32,000 bases of DNA, taken from the NCBI RefSeq assembly GCF_003253435.1, contig NZ_QKUB01000006.1, positions 8,304-40,303 of the forward strand, in the 5' to 3' direction. This document shows, piece by piece, positions 1 to 12,201 of this stretch (the first letter of the stretch is position 1; the number at the start of each line of letters is the position of its first letter). The notes beneath the pieces are model-generated. The model did not search any database and was not told the origin of the DNA. It saw nothing but the letters and a program-made list of their open reading frames with translations. The stretch is from Metamycoplasma auris. GTDB taxonomy: Bacteria > Bacillota_I > Bacilli_A > Mycoplasmatales > Metamycoplasmataceae. The position numbers were made by a program, and so were the translations under genes.

Positions 1-1
1 T

Positions 2-1150
2 GATAAGAAAATAAAAGAATTAGAAGGTGATTCAAAACTATCAGATTCAATCAAAGCTTTAAAAGATTTAAATTATGAATCATTGAAGACTTCAGAAGAA
101 AAATATGGAACTATAACAAAGAAACAATTCTACTATGGAGCATTAGAAGCCTTCAAGGCATATAAGCAATTTAGAGAAAGAACAATTGATCATGGATATA
201 GTTACTTTGCGAACAAAGTTCCAAAATATGACATAAGAGCATATGAATATAGTAAGCGTACTTTTTCAGGTGTTGGGGCATATAATGGATTCTTCATCTT
301 CAACCCAGACCCATACTTTAGTTTACCAAAATGATCAGTTACATCATTTGCTAACCATGAAAGTGTGATGGGACATCACAATCAAATCGTTTATGCAAAA
401 GAATTCCTAAAGAAAATTAAGGGTCAAACAATCGGAAATATCTTTGATTATACTTCATATATTGAAGGCTGAGCTTTATTCATGGAATGATTCGGTATTG
501 AAGCTGGATTATATGGTACTCCTAACTTTGCTTCTGAAGACTACTATGCACTACCAGTAAGCTTCAAAAAATCCCATGGTATAACAAGTTTTATTAAAGC
601 AACAAAGAAAGAAGATGTTAAACCTGAAGAAATAAATGAAATGAAGACTTTACATGGTGGAGTTTATTGAAATATAGCTGCTAATGGTAAAGCTGTTACT
701 GATGAAAAAGAACATACTCTAAAAGCTGCTGAATTAACAAATATTCTTCAATACTATGGAGCTTTAAATGAAGCACAATTGCGTAATATGAGACGTGCAG
801 TTGATAATGCATTCCATGGTTCAATCAAAGGTAACAAAGAACTACCAGAAAATGCTTCAATTCTTGATATAAGAGAATTCATGAAGAAAAACTCAGCCCT
901 AGGAGTTGGAGATATTACTTCTGAATCTAAACGTTATCTAAATAATCCAGGTCAAGCAGTTTCATACAATACAGGTAAAGAAAGTATGTTAAAACTATAT
1001 GATGCTGTAAGAAAATCTAAAGGTCTATCAAGAAAAGCATTTGTTGAAAACAAAGAAAATATTAAAGAATTCTTAAATATTATCCTAGAAACAGGTGCTC
1101 TACCACTTGGTGCTCTAGAAGAAATTGTTAAATTACATTACAATCTATAA
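2..1150 (+). CDS. DUF885-family protein (HExxxGHH metallopeptidase-like); N-terminus lies outside the window
   Basis: Frame 2 is open from the window edge to TAA 1148-1150 once 4 in-frame TGA are read as Trp. This joins track ORFs 83-334 and 779-1150. The motif NHESVMGHHNQ (353-385) matches the HExxPGHH signature I associate with DUF885. A hairpin terminator follows. Confidence 0.75.
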
Positions 1151-1166
1151 AACATAATTAAAAAAG

Positions 1167-1199
1167 AACAAGAAAGAAACAATCAGCTTTCTTGTTTTT
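1167..1199 (+). terminator. Rho-independent terminator after the DUF885 gene
   Basis: Stem aacaagaaag (1167-1176) pairs with ctttcttgtt (1187-1196) and is followed by a T run. Confidence 0.7.
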
Positions 1200-1479
1200 A
1201 TAATTAATTTTTATAAAAAAATGCTACAAAACTATAAAAGAAAAAATTCAATATATTTTGTTCTATTTTCATATTTTATAAATTTATTTTTAAAATGGTA
1301 ATATTTGAATAGATAGATAGAATATACAACATATATTGAATCTACCAATTTGATAAAAGAAATCAATTATATAGACATTTTAGACTAGTTTAAGAGAGTT
1401 TTATTAATTTAAAAGTTTCTTAAAAAATAATCCTTAGTTCTATCTATCAATTAATAATAAATAATGAGGATAAATCAAT

Positions 1480-2799
1480 ATGAAAAAATTATTATGAGGA
1501 CTAAGTGTTTTATCAAGTGTTGTTACTTTGCCATTGATAGCAGCCTCATGTGGTAAGGGAAAATATGCTCACCCAAAGGGACCAAAAGTACCAGTTGCTG
1601 ATGTTAAACTAAATGATGAATATAAGTTAACTGAAGAAGAAGCTAAGAATTTCCCATACAAGATGGTTATGATTACCGATGGGGGGGATATTAATGATAA
1701 ATCATTTAACCAATCCCCATGAGAAGGTATTCTACACTTTGCTGACCTTCAAAATAAATTACCTCTAGATAAATACGGTGTTATTGAAGTTAAGAATGAA
1801 AAATTCGATGAAAGTTACAATAATGCTTTAAATGCTGGCTACAACATTTGAGTTCTTCCTGGTTTCCATCATAAAGAAACAATTAAGGCTTGAATTGCTA
1901 AACATAAAGAAGAAGTAAAGAAAAATAAAATTATTTTCATTGGTCAAGATTTTACAAATGACAACAAAAATGGTGATAATGGATTTTCAATTTTCCAAGA
2001 ATTTAAAACCAAGGAAGCTGCATTTGCTGCGGGATATGCAACAGCAGAATTTCTATCAAATGAAGAAAAGAAAGAAGATAGAACTTTTGGAACATTTGGT
2101 GGTGGAACATTCCCAGCTGTAACTGATTTCAATGAAGGATTTATGAAAGGTGTTTGATACTGGAATAATAAAAATAAAGTTAAGAATAAAAATACATATT
2201 CAGTATCAAATACAATTGACCTAAGTTCTGGATTTGATGTTGACACTAAGATGGAAAGTGTTGTTAAGAAAGTTATTTCACTAAACCCTAAAGTAATTCT
2301 TCCAGTTGCAGGACCAGCTGCAGGTGTTGTATTGCAAAATATCGTTGGTTCAAATAGATACATGATTGGTGTTGATGCTGACCAAGGATTTGCTGCAAAA
2401 CCAAATGAAAAGCATTTAATTTTTACTTCGATTGTTAAATCACTAGGTCAAGCTGCATACGATGCTGTTGCACAAATCAGTAAGGTAAAAGACACATCAA
2501 AACTAAAGAGTTCTTTAGGTGAATTTGAGTTTGGCAAAACAGATGGAAAAATGTACCAAGGATATGATAAGAACTGAGTAGACATTACAAAAACTCATAT
2601 TACAGATCCAAAGAAAAAAGAACTAGCTGATAAGGCTCTTGAAGCAGGTAAAGAAGCATTTAAATCTTTGGATGAAACTCACAAGAACTGACTAGCTTCA
2701 TCGAAAATGGTACTTCCAACTGAAAATACCGAAAATAGTAGTATCGGTCTTCAAGAACTATTAAACAAGCTTGCTGTAGAACTATACATTAAAAAATAA
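1480..2799 (+). CDS. BMP-family (PnrA/TmpC-like) ABC transporter substrate-binding lipoprotein
   Basis: ATG 1480 to TAA 2797-2799 in frame 1 with several TGA=Trp; joins ORFs 1528-1722 and 2251-2577. Signal peptide plus lipobox: MKKLLWGLSVLSSVVTLPLIAASC. BMP signature ITDGGDINDKSFNQS. Ends 2 nt upstream of the ABC ATPase gene. Confidence 0.9.
1681..1687. repeat. G7 homopolymer (two consecutive GGG codons) inside the lipoprotein CDS
   Basis: Read directly: gat ggg ggg gat. This is the longest G run I saw in an otherwise G-poor window. Confidence 0.95.
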
Positions 2800-2801
2800 C
2801 A

Positions 2802-4679
2802 ATGTACGCTGTTGAATTTAGAAACATAACTAAAGAATTCCCAGGAATTGTTGCAAATGATAATGTTTCCTTCAAAGTAAAAAAAGGTACAATTCATGCA
2901 CTAATTGGGGAAAATGGCGCAGGAAAAAGCACTTTGATGTCAATATTATTTGGACTTTATGAACAAACAAGTGGTGAAATCCTAATTAATGGCAACAAAG
3001 TGCTTTTTTCTGGACCTAACGATGCTAATGCACTTGGCATTGGAATGGTACACCAACATTTTAAATTAGTTAATGTATATACAAACCTTGATAATATCAT
3101 TCTTGGTGAAGAATGAGCATCAAATTTAGGTGTAATTAATCGTGATATAGCAATCAAGAAAATTAAGGCACTTCAAAATAAATACAACTTGTATTTTGAT
3201 TTATTTCAAAAATCTGGAGAAGCAACTGTTTCAACACAACAAAAAGTTGAAATCATGAAAATGCTATATCGGGGTAATGATATTTTAGTATTTGATGAAC
3301 CTACAGCAGTTTTAACTGATGAAGAAATTCAAGGTTTACTTAAATCATTTGAAATTTTTAAAAAAGCAGGCAAAACAATAATCTTTATTTCTCACAAGTT
3401 AAAAGAAATTAAGCAAGTAGCTGACTATGCTACTGTTTTAAGACTTGGAAAAGTTACTGGTAACTTTGATATGAAAAATACTTCTTTGGATGAAATTGTT
3501 TCAGCAATGGTGGGAAACCAAATTACTGAAATCAAAAACGATCTTAAATGCCAAAGAAAAGACATCATTTTTTCATTAAAAAATGTTTCAACTCAAAAAC
3601 TTAGAAAGAATCTTCATAATATTTCCTTTGATGTACATGCAGGCGAAATCTTTGCAATCGCCGGTGTTGATGGGAATGGTCAAAGTGCTTTAGAAAAAGT
3701 TATTAGTGGTATGGAAAAACCTTCAAAAGGTTCAGTTCATATGCGTATAGAAAAAAGCACTAATAAAAAAGAAAATAATAATTCTGAAGTTGAATATGAA
3801 TTAAAAGATATAACCAACACAAGTGCTTATATGAGAAGTATTAATCATATGGCATATATTCCAGCAGATCGTCACCATCATGGAATAATTCTTGATTTCA
3901 CTATTCAAGAAAACTCAATCATAAGAAGATTATGAGACAAAGAATTCCAAAAAGCTGGAGTGTTTAAACAAAAAAATATTAATAAGTTTACAAAAGATAT
4001 TATTGATAACTATGATGTACGTAGTTCTCAAGGACCAAAAAGTATAGCACGTTCATTATCTGGTGGAAATCAACAAAAATTCATTGTTGGACGTGAGATG
4101 ATGTTTGATCATGACTTCATTTTAATTGTTCAACCAACTAGAGGTATGGATGTTGGAGCTATTACTCATATTCATTCACAGATTCTTGAAGAAAAGAAAA
4201 AAGGTAAGGCTATTCTACTAATATCATATGAATTAGATGAAATTATTGCTTTAGCTGACACAATTGCTGTTATTAATGAAGGAAAAATTCTTTCAATTAA
4301 TGATGCAAAACAAATTACAAGAGAACAAATTGGTAAATTTATGTCAGCATCATCACACAGTGAAGAAAATTGATTTAATCCAAATGATTTTGATGATTCA
4401 AAAGATTCATACATTTCATTTATCAATAAAAAATATAATTATCAAATTGAACAATTAATTCTTCAATTAGTGTCAATTAAATCAAGTTTAATGATTGCAA
4501 AGAATGCAAAGGATGCTGACAAAGAATCAATTGAAGAATTAAAAATGAAATATATCCAACTTAAAAAAGAATTGAAAGAAACTAAAAAGCATCACAAGTT
4601 GGAATTATCTAAAATAAAAGTCTCATTTAATGATATTTATACTGAACAAAAAAATAAAATAGAAATGGAAGGAGTATAA
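2802..4679 (+). CDS. ABC transporter ATP-binding protein with two NBDs (nucleoside/sugar RnsA type) and a C-terminal coiled-coil tail of about 100 aa
   Basis: Frame 0 joins ORFs 2802-3116, 3189-3935, 3960-4373 and 4470-4679 across TGA codons only; stop TAA 4677-4679. Walker A GENGAGKST and GVDGNGQSA, signature LSGGNQQK, Walker B ILVFDEPT and LIVQPTRGMD. GGAGG lies just upstream of the next ATG. Confidence 0.92.
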
Positions 4680-4680
4680 A

Positions 4681-6612
4681 ATGACAGCTACAAAAAATAC
4701 TAAATCTCCTAAACCATTAAATAAATTTACTAGTTGAATGTCTGACTTTATTAAGATGGACAAAACTAAATCAACAGGTAGAAAAATAGCTTCGTCATTG
4801 TGAGCTTTATTCTTTGGAATCTTACTTGCATATATTTATATCTTTCTATCAAAAGGTGTAGGAAAAGGTTTCTTTCCAAACCCGGTTGACATTCTAAATG
4901 CGGTCTTTGGTAGTTTTAATAAAATAAACAAAGAAACTATTTTAAAATACTTTTTAGTATTTGGTTTTAGTTCAATTGCTTGTGCCCTAAGTTTTAAAGC
5001 TGGTCTTTTTAACATTGGGATACCAGGACAGATGATGATTACGGGAATTGTTAATTTTTCAATCTTCATCAAATTAGGTTATAAATCTAATACAGGACCT
5101 GTTCCAGCGCATGTGCTTCTATTATGTTTATTACTTTCAATAATAGTTGCATTTATAGTTGGACTAATCGCTGGTACACTAAAAGCGCATTTAAATGTGC
5201 ATGAAGTTATCTCAACAATTATGCTAAATTGAATTATTGTTGGGATTGCTGGATTATTATTTAAGCAATCATCAGCCTCAGTCGTTTGAAATGGCTTAAG
5301 TCCGCAAGACGTTAAATATTACTTTGCTGATACACTTGATGGTGTAAAAAAAGGAATAATTAAGATTGCTGATTCAGTAAGGGAAACATTTGTTATTGTT
5401 GGAATTGTTGTGCTATTTATTATGGCAATTGCAATCGCATTCATTTTTAACCACACAAGTCTAGGATACAAAATTAGAATGCAAGGAATTTCAAAAACAA
5501 ATGGTAAATATATTGGTGTTAATGATAAAAGAATTACAATGTTTGTTTTAGGTATATCTGCAGCAATTGCTGGAATTGCTGGATTCTATAATTACATTGC
5601 TCTAAGTACACCAGTATTCTCTGAAATCAATCAACCATTGAGTGTCGGTTTTGAAGCAATAGCAATTAGTTTGCTTGCCTTAAACTCACCAATTGGTGCA
5701 CTATTCTCATCGTTATTCTATACAACAATATACTCAGCAAGTACTAACTTACAACTTCATCCTCTATATTTTGAACCATATGATATTCAAGTTATTACTT
5801 CTATTATTTTGTATATGGCTGCAATATCAGTTATGTTTAGTCAATTTAAGCCAATTCAATACTTCAAGAGATTATTTACTCTCTTAAGTGATAAACGTTA
5901 CTTTGCTAACTTAGAATTAAAAAGATTAAGAGACAAAAAAATTAAATTAATTGCTTCAAACACTCTTTTAATTCATAAAATTCAACTTAATATTAATGCT
6001 AAGAATTACGAAACATTATCTAAAAAATTAGAGGATAGTCAAAATAAATTTATAAGTAAAATTTATAAACTTAATGATGCTATCGCAAAAGCTGAAATTA
6101 GAGTTAAAAGAGCTGAAGAGTACTTTGAACTTGAAAAGAAGTTATATTTTGCAATAAGAAATGAATCTAAAGAAATATTTACATTAATTAAAAATAATAT
6201 ATTGCAACATAACAGTGAAACTAAAAAGATTCTAAAACAAGATATTAAAGCAACTAATAATAATTTAGATGAATTTAAGAAAGATATTGAATTAAATAAA
6301 GAAGACAATTCTCATAAGTTGCAAATTAAATTGTTACGTAAAGAATTATCTAAATTAACTAATGAGTTTCTTTCAAAGGCAATGAACTATAAAAATAGTG
6401 ATGATGAAACAATTAATCAATTTGAATCAATTAACAAAGAAAAATATCGGATCAATGGTTTATTAAATACATTAGGCTTAACTAAGAAATTCAATATCAA
6501 ACAACAAAGAACCGCATTACTTAAGAATAATTCATTTGAATACAAAAGAATTCTAGATATTATCATCCATGATCGCAGACAAATGAAACTATTTATCAAG
6601 GAGGTAAAATAA
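4681..6612 (+). CDS. ABC transporter permease (RnsC/RbsC-like) fused to a charged C-terminal tail of about 254 aa
   Basis: ATG 4681 in frame 1 joins ORFs 5032-5232 and 5410-6612 via TGA=Trp. Multiple hydrophobic segments run up to about 5847; from KPIQYFKRL (5848) onward the sequence is K/E/N-rich and helical-looking. Stop TAA 6610-6612 overlaps the next ATG (TAATG). Confidence 0.9.
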
Positions 6613-7553
6613 TGGCACTCGCTATTAATACATATAGTAGTTTACTTATCTTCTTCTGTATTTTTACCCTTGGTGGAATTAGTGGTATGTTTTCTGAAAA
6701 AGTTGGTATTGTTAATATCGGAATTAATGGGATGATGGTTATTGGTACTGCTACTTATTTAGTATTTACTGACGTCTTATCAAAGGTTACAGGTCAGTAT
6801 GTATCAAGTGGTTGATGACAAATACCAGCAACTTTATTTGCGTCATTATGTGCTGCAGCATTTGCTCTTCTACATGGTTTTGTAACAATTAAACTAAAAA
6901 GTGATCACACTGTTTCAGGTTTTGCATTAAACTTACTTGCATTTGGAATTGCAATCATTCTATTAGATTTCTTTGGGAATGGTAACAAAAAACCAGTTAT
7001 GGGTATAGTTGAACTTAAATATGCGGTGGAAGTTGGTTCACAATCAATTGAAATTATTTCATGGAAAGTTGCTATAACAATACTAATTATTGCACTTGGT
7101 GCTTTTGCTTTATATAAAACAAAATGAGGTCTAAGATGTCGAGCAATCGGAGAAAATCCACAAGCTGCTGACGTTGCTGGAATTAATGTATATAAATATA
7201 AATGAGAAGGAATAATTATTTCTGGTGCAATTGCTGGTGTTGCTGGATCAATATTTGCTCAATCGTTCCCTGCTTCATTCTTTGGAGATGTTAGAGGATA
7301 TGGTTATCTAGCCTTATCAATTATGATTATGGGTCAATGAAATATCTTTATTATTACTGGTGTATCATTTGTATTCTCATTCTTATATGCTCTATCTTCA
7401 TCATCAGGAGCATTTATCCCAAGTTTAGTTCCATACTCACCACTTCTAGAAATTACTCCATATCTACTTTCATTAGTTGTAATTATGATTATGTCTAAAC
7501 GTTCGCATGCCCCTGCTGCTAGCGGTATTGCATATGATAAATCAATTAGATAG
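6612..7553 (+). CDS. ABC transporter permease (RnsD/YufQ-like)
   Basis: ATG 6612 to TAG 7551-7553 in frame 0 with TGA=Trp (including WW at 6813-6818). Hydrophobic throughout, with the motif RAIGENPQAADVAGINV typical of this permease family. Confidence 0.9.
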
Positions 7554-7588
7554 TCTAGATGTATAAAAGTTTATAATCACAATAAATT

Positions 7589-7630
7589 AAAACCATAAGT
7601 ATATTTTTAAGCTTATGGTTTTAATTTATT
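7589..7630 (+). terminator. Rho-independent terminator of the ABC operon
   Basis: aaccataag (7591-7599) pairs with cttatggtt (7612-7620) and a T-rich tail follows. Confidence 0.7.
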
Positions 7631-7793
7631 TTTGCTGTCTAATGGTGTATCTAAAAATAAACTAATAATCTAGATTTTGAATCAACAAGAAAAACATTGC
7701 TTTTATTTAAAAATGAATGAAAAATATGAATTATTTTTTAAATGCTTTTTTATAAATATATTATAATAATTAAGCATTAAATTTTTAGTTAAT

Positions 7794-7880
7794 GCCCAGG
7801 TGGCGGAATGGTAGACGCTACGGACTTAAAATCCGTTGACTGTAATGGTCGTGCTGGTTCAAGTCCAGTTCTGGGTACCA
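7794..7880 (+). tRNA. tRNA-Leu (anticodon UAA), CCA encoded
   Basis: Hand-folded cloverleaf: acceptor GCCCAGG/TCTGGGT, anticodon stem ACGGA/TCCGT with loop CTTAAAA, long variable arm, T-loop GGTTCAAGTCC, 3' ACCA. Confidence 0.9.
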
Positions 7881-7883
7881 GAA

Positions 7884-7959
7884 GCGCCCTTAGCTCAGAA
7901 GGTAGAGCAAATGGCTTTTAACCATTGGGTCAGAGGTTCGAATCCTCTAGGGCGTACCA
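7884..7959 (+). tRNA. tRNA-Lys (anticodon UUU), CCA encoded
   Basis: Acceptor GCGCCCT/AGGGCGT, D arm GCTCAGAAGGTAGAGC, anticodon stem AATGG/CCATT with loop CTTTTAA, T arm AGAGGTTCGAATCCTCT. Starts 3 nt after tRNA-Leu. Confidence 0.9.
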
Positions 7960-7980
7960 TTTCAGGTAACTGACTTCTAA

Positions 7981-8006
7981 ACTCACTCAAATGAGTGAGT
8001 TTTTAT
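7981..8006 (+). terminator. Terminator after the tRNA pair
   Basis: actcactca / gagtgagt hairpin followed by TTTTT. Confidence 0.7.
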
Positions 8007-8028
8007 TTAACTATTAGAAAACATTAAA

Positions 8029-8057
8029 TAAAAAATCTAGGATTAATACTCCTAGAT
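8029..8057 (-). terminator. tsf terminator
   Basis: atctagga (8035-8042) pairs with tcctagat (8050-8057). On the minus strand it is followed by T6 (complement of A6 at 8030-8035). It lies 22 nt past the tsf stop. Confidence 0.65.
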
Positions 8058-8078
8058 TATTAATTTTTATTTACTTTT

Positions 8079-8957
8079 TTAAACTTTCATTTGTTCAGCT
8101 ACTTCAGCTGCGAAGTCAACAACTTTTTTTTCAATGCCTTCGCCTACTTCAAATCTTTTAGCATCAACTAATTGCAATTTGTTTTCGTTTAAATATAAGG
8201 CTACTGTTTTTGAATCATCCATAACAAATGGTTGATATAATAAAACACCCTTTTCATTAAGTTCTTTCTTTAGAAGGCCAGCTTTAATTGATTGTTGAAT
8301 TTTTTCAGGTTTGTTAGCTAAAGCAGGACTTTTTTCTAAATGGTCATGAATTTCTTTCAATTCATCTGGATTAATTTGATCTTCATTTAGGTATGTTGGA
8401 TTTAGAGCAGTAATGTGCATTGAAATGTTTCTTAATGCTTCAGCATTATTTCCATTTGCTAAAACAATTGTTGCAACTCTATTATTTGCATGTGTATAGG
8501 CTGCAATTACTTGATCTTCTTTTGCAACAAATTTAAATGCACGTCTTAATCAAATTTTTTCACCAATTTTAGCAGTTAATAAACTTGTGTGGTCTTCAAT
8601 TGTAGTTCCATCAATTTTAATTGCTAAAAGTTCTTCGTTGCTATTGAAGTCATTTTCAAATAAAGCCTCAGAAATTTTGTTTGCTAATTCAATGAATAAT
8701 TCGTTTTTTGAAACAAAGTCAGTTTCGGAATTTAATTCAAAAATAACTGCGACATTATCTTTTACACTTGCTTTTACAATTCCTTCAGCGGCAATTCTTC
8801 CTGCTTTTTTTGCTGCTTTTAGAATTCCTTTTTCTTGCAATCAGTCAATTGATTTTTCAACATCATTATCATTTGCTTCTAAAGCATTCTTCACATCCAA
8901 AAAACCTAAATTAGTTCTTTCTCTTAATTCTTTAATTTTCTTTAAATCTACTGCCAT
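8079..8957 (-). CDS. tsf: Translation elongation factor Ts
   Basis: Joins ORFs 8079-8420 and 8550-8840 and extends to ATG (complement of 8955-8957) via TGA=Trp. The N-terminus MAVDLKKIKELRERTNLGFLDVKNALE is the classic EF-Ts UBA-like start. AAGGAG RBS sits upstream. Stop is TAA. Confidence 0.95.
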
Positions 8958-8984
8958 ATGATTCTCCTTAATATAAGAACTTAA

Positions 8985-9887
8985 CTATTTTTCTTCTCTA
9001 ACTTCGCTAGCGTCTTTAATTTCTTGTTTTTTAGCTTCTTGACTTAGTTTTGCAGCTGCTGCTCTTGCTCTATTTTCGGCTGCTCTTGGATCTTCAGGCA
9101 AAATAATTTCTTCATTTGGTTTAAAAGCAAATAATTGTTTTCCACCTCTTGCTGAAGCAATGGCATCAGCTAGAATTGTAATAATTAAAGTAATTGATTT
9201 TGCTGTATCATCGTTTGCTGGAATAACAAAATCTGATAAATCAGGATCTGAGTTAGTATCATTGATTGAAAAAATCTTCAATCCCTTTCTTTTTGCTTCT
9301 CTAATTGCAATTTCATCTTCAATTGGAGAAGCAACAATCATTACATTAGGCATTGCTGAGTTAGATGCTAATTTTCTAATTCCGCCTAAATTCTTTTGTA
9401 ACTTAGCAATCTTTTTATCATATAAAAGACCTTCTTTTTTAGTGTATCCCTTGTAACCATTTTTTTGTAGTTCTTCAAGTCTTTCAAGTTCTTTTACACT
9501 TCTAAAAATAGTTTGTGAGTTTGTTAGAGTTCCACCTAGTCAACGTTCGGAAACATAAACAGAATTGGTTCTTGCTGCTGCTTCCTTGATTGCATTTTTA
9601 GCTTGTTTCTTTGTTCCAACTCAAATGAATGAAACTGGTTTTTGTGCCATCTTGTTTAACAACTTATATGCATATTCCAAAGTCTTTTGAGTTTTTGCAA
9701 TATCAATAATGTGGATTCCTGCTCTTTTTCCATAAATGTATTGCTTCATTTTTGGATTTCAACGACTTATTTTATGACCAAAATAAGTTCCAGCTTCTAG
9801 TAATTTTTCTCTTGATACAATTGGTTGTTCAACAACTGTTGCTTTTGTTTCAGTTGTTTTTTGTTCAACAATATTTTGTTCAGACAT
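8985..9887 (-). CDS. rpsB: 30S ribosomal protein S2, with short N- and C-terminal extensions
   Basis: ORF 8985-9353 extends through 3 TGA=Trp to ATG (complement of 9885-9887). Contains [19 protein letters not shown] and ERWLGGTLTN motifs. Stop is TAG. The rpsB-tsf order is conserved. Confidence 0.95.
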
Positions 9888-10082
9888 TTTTTTCCTTATT
9901 TTAATTTAGTTTGTTTTTGCTTCCTATTGTTTCTAACAGTTAACACCATAAAAAATAGCACACGCAACTGAATCCACAATAGTGTTTGATAAATTATTTT
10001 GAAACTTAATTTACCAGTTACTTTTTTATATAAAAAGTATGAACTTAATTTTATCACAAATTATCAAAAAAACTATAAGAGA

Positions 10083-10111
10083 AAATCTCTGAGTGTATAA
10101 CCCAGAGATTT
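10083..10111 (-). terminator. Hairpin terminator downstream of arcA (reads as a terminator in both directions)
   Basis: aaatctctg (10083-10091) pairs with cagagattt (10103-10111), with T runs flanking. It lies about 45 nt past the arcA stop. Confidence 0.6.
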
Positions 10112-10155
10112 TTTGAAATTCTTGAAATAAATATTCTTATTTTCTTAGAAATTTA

Positions 10156-11466
<1,311 letters not shown>

Positions 11467-11886
11467 TTATATCCTTATTAAAATGTATTAAATTTAATTG
11501 AAAATTATGTAAAACATGATCTAGCAAATATTTATACACCTATATTATATTACTTTATAGTAGTCCTTTTTGTTACTCTAGAAAATATTTATTTTTTGCT
11601 TTTGATGCAACAGTAAATCAAAGAAAATCTTTAATGTCTGTTATTGATTTCTTATCGTTTTTGGCAAATAATTAATTGAATTTAAAATCTTAAATGATTT
11701 TTTTTCGCTATTTTTTCTTTATCATATATCCAAGCCTATATAATAACTATAATTATAAGTTAGGAATATAACTAGGATTCTCTATGCATTCCTGATTTCT
11801 AGAGTTTGTCTAGATGTAAAATAAAAGTTAAGTTAATAATGTTAATAATATAGAATTTACTAAAAAGTTAAAAAGAAAGATTAAAA

Positions 11887-12162
11887 ATGGAAAAGCAAAG
11901 AACTGAATATAAAACATTATTGGATGTTGCTCAAGAAGTGTTAGATAAAAGATTAAAGATGGACTTTTCAAAACTATTTGATCAAGTTAAAAAAATTCTA
12001 TTTGATCGTTGAAGAGAAGAAATAGACCCAAGTGTAGATGATGAAACAATCTTGCTAAAAAAACGTGGAGAGTTATACCGTTTATTAACAGTTGATGGTA
12101 GATTTTTTCACAATTCTGATGGCACATGAACAACAAAAAGACCTGAATATATTAGAAACTAA
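11887..12162 (+). CDS. Small HARE-HTH protein resembling the N-terminal domain of RNA polymerase delta subunit (RpoE), lacking the acidic tail
   Basis: ATG 11887 to TAA 12160-12162, 91 aa with 3 TGA=Trp. GELYRLLTVDGRFFHNSDGTWTTK aligns by eye with B. subtilis RpoE [23 protein letters not shown]. Confidence 0.6.
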
Positions 12163-12201
12163 TATTTTTATTAGTTTTTATTTTTCTTTTTTTTATAAAA
12201 A

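Noticed and set aside
1309-1320. An (ATAG)3 microsatellite upstream of the BMP lipoprotein gene.
   Set aside because: Only three units are present, which is too short to argue for slippage-based regulation, and it is not positioned relative to a clear -10/-35 pair.
1944-6599. Internal or antisense ORFs in the ABC operon: 1940-2122 (+), 1944-2363 (-), 2957-3157 (-), 4172-4426 (-), 4264-4458 (+), 4836-5072 (-), 5693-5887 (+), 6063-6308 (-), 6417-6599 (-).
   Set aside because: All overlap well-supported transporter genes in other frames, and none has motifs or a translation-start context.
8587-9456. Plus-strand ORFs 8587-8961 and 9160-9456 opposite tsf and rpsB.
   Set aside because: These are shadow ORFs antisense to strongly supported conserved genes. 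Their products are Ser/Phe/Ile-rich with no start context.
9971-9980. A DnaA-box-like ATCCACA motif.
   Set aside because: It is a single partial match (7 of 9 to TTATCCACA) with no cluster, no adjacent dnaA or dnaN, and it lies in the rpsB upstream region.
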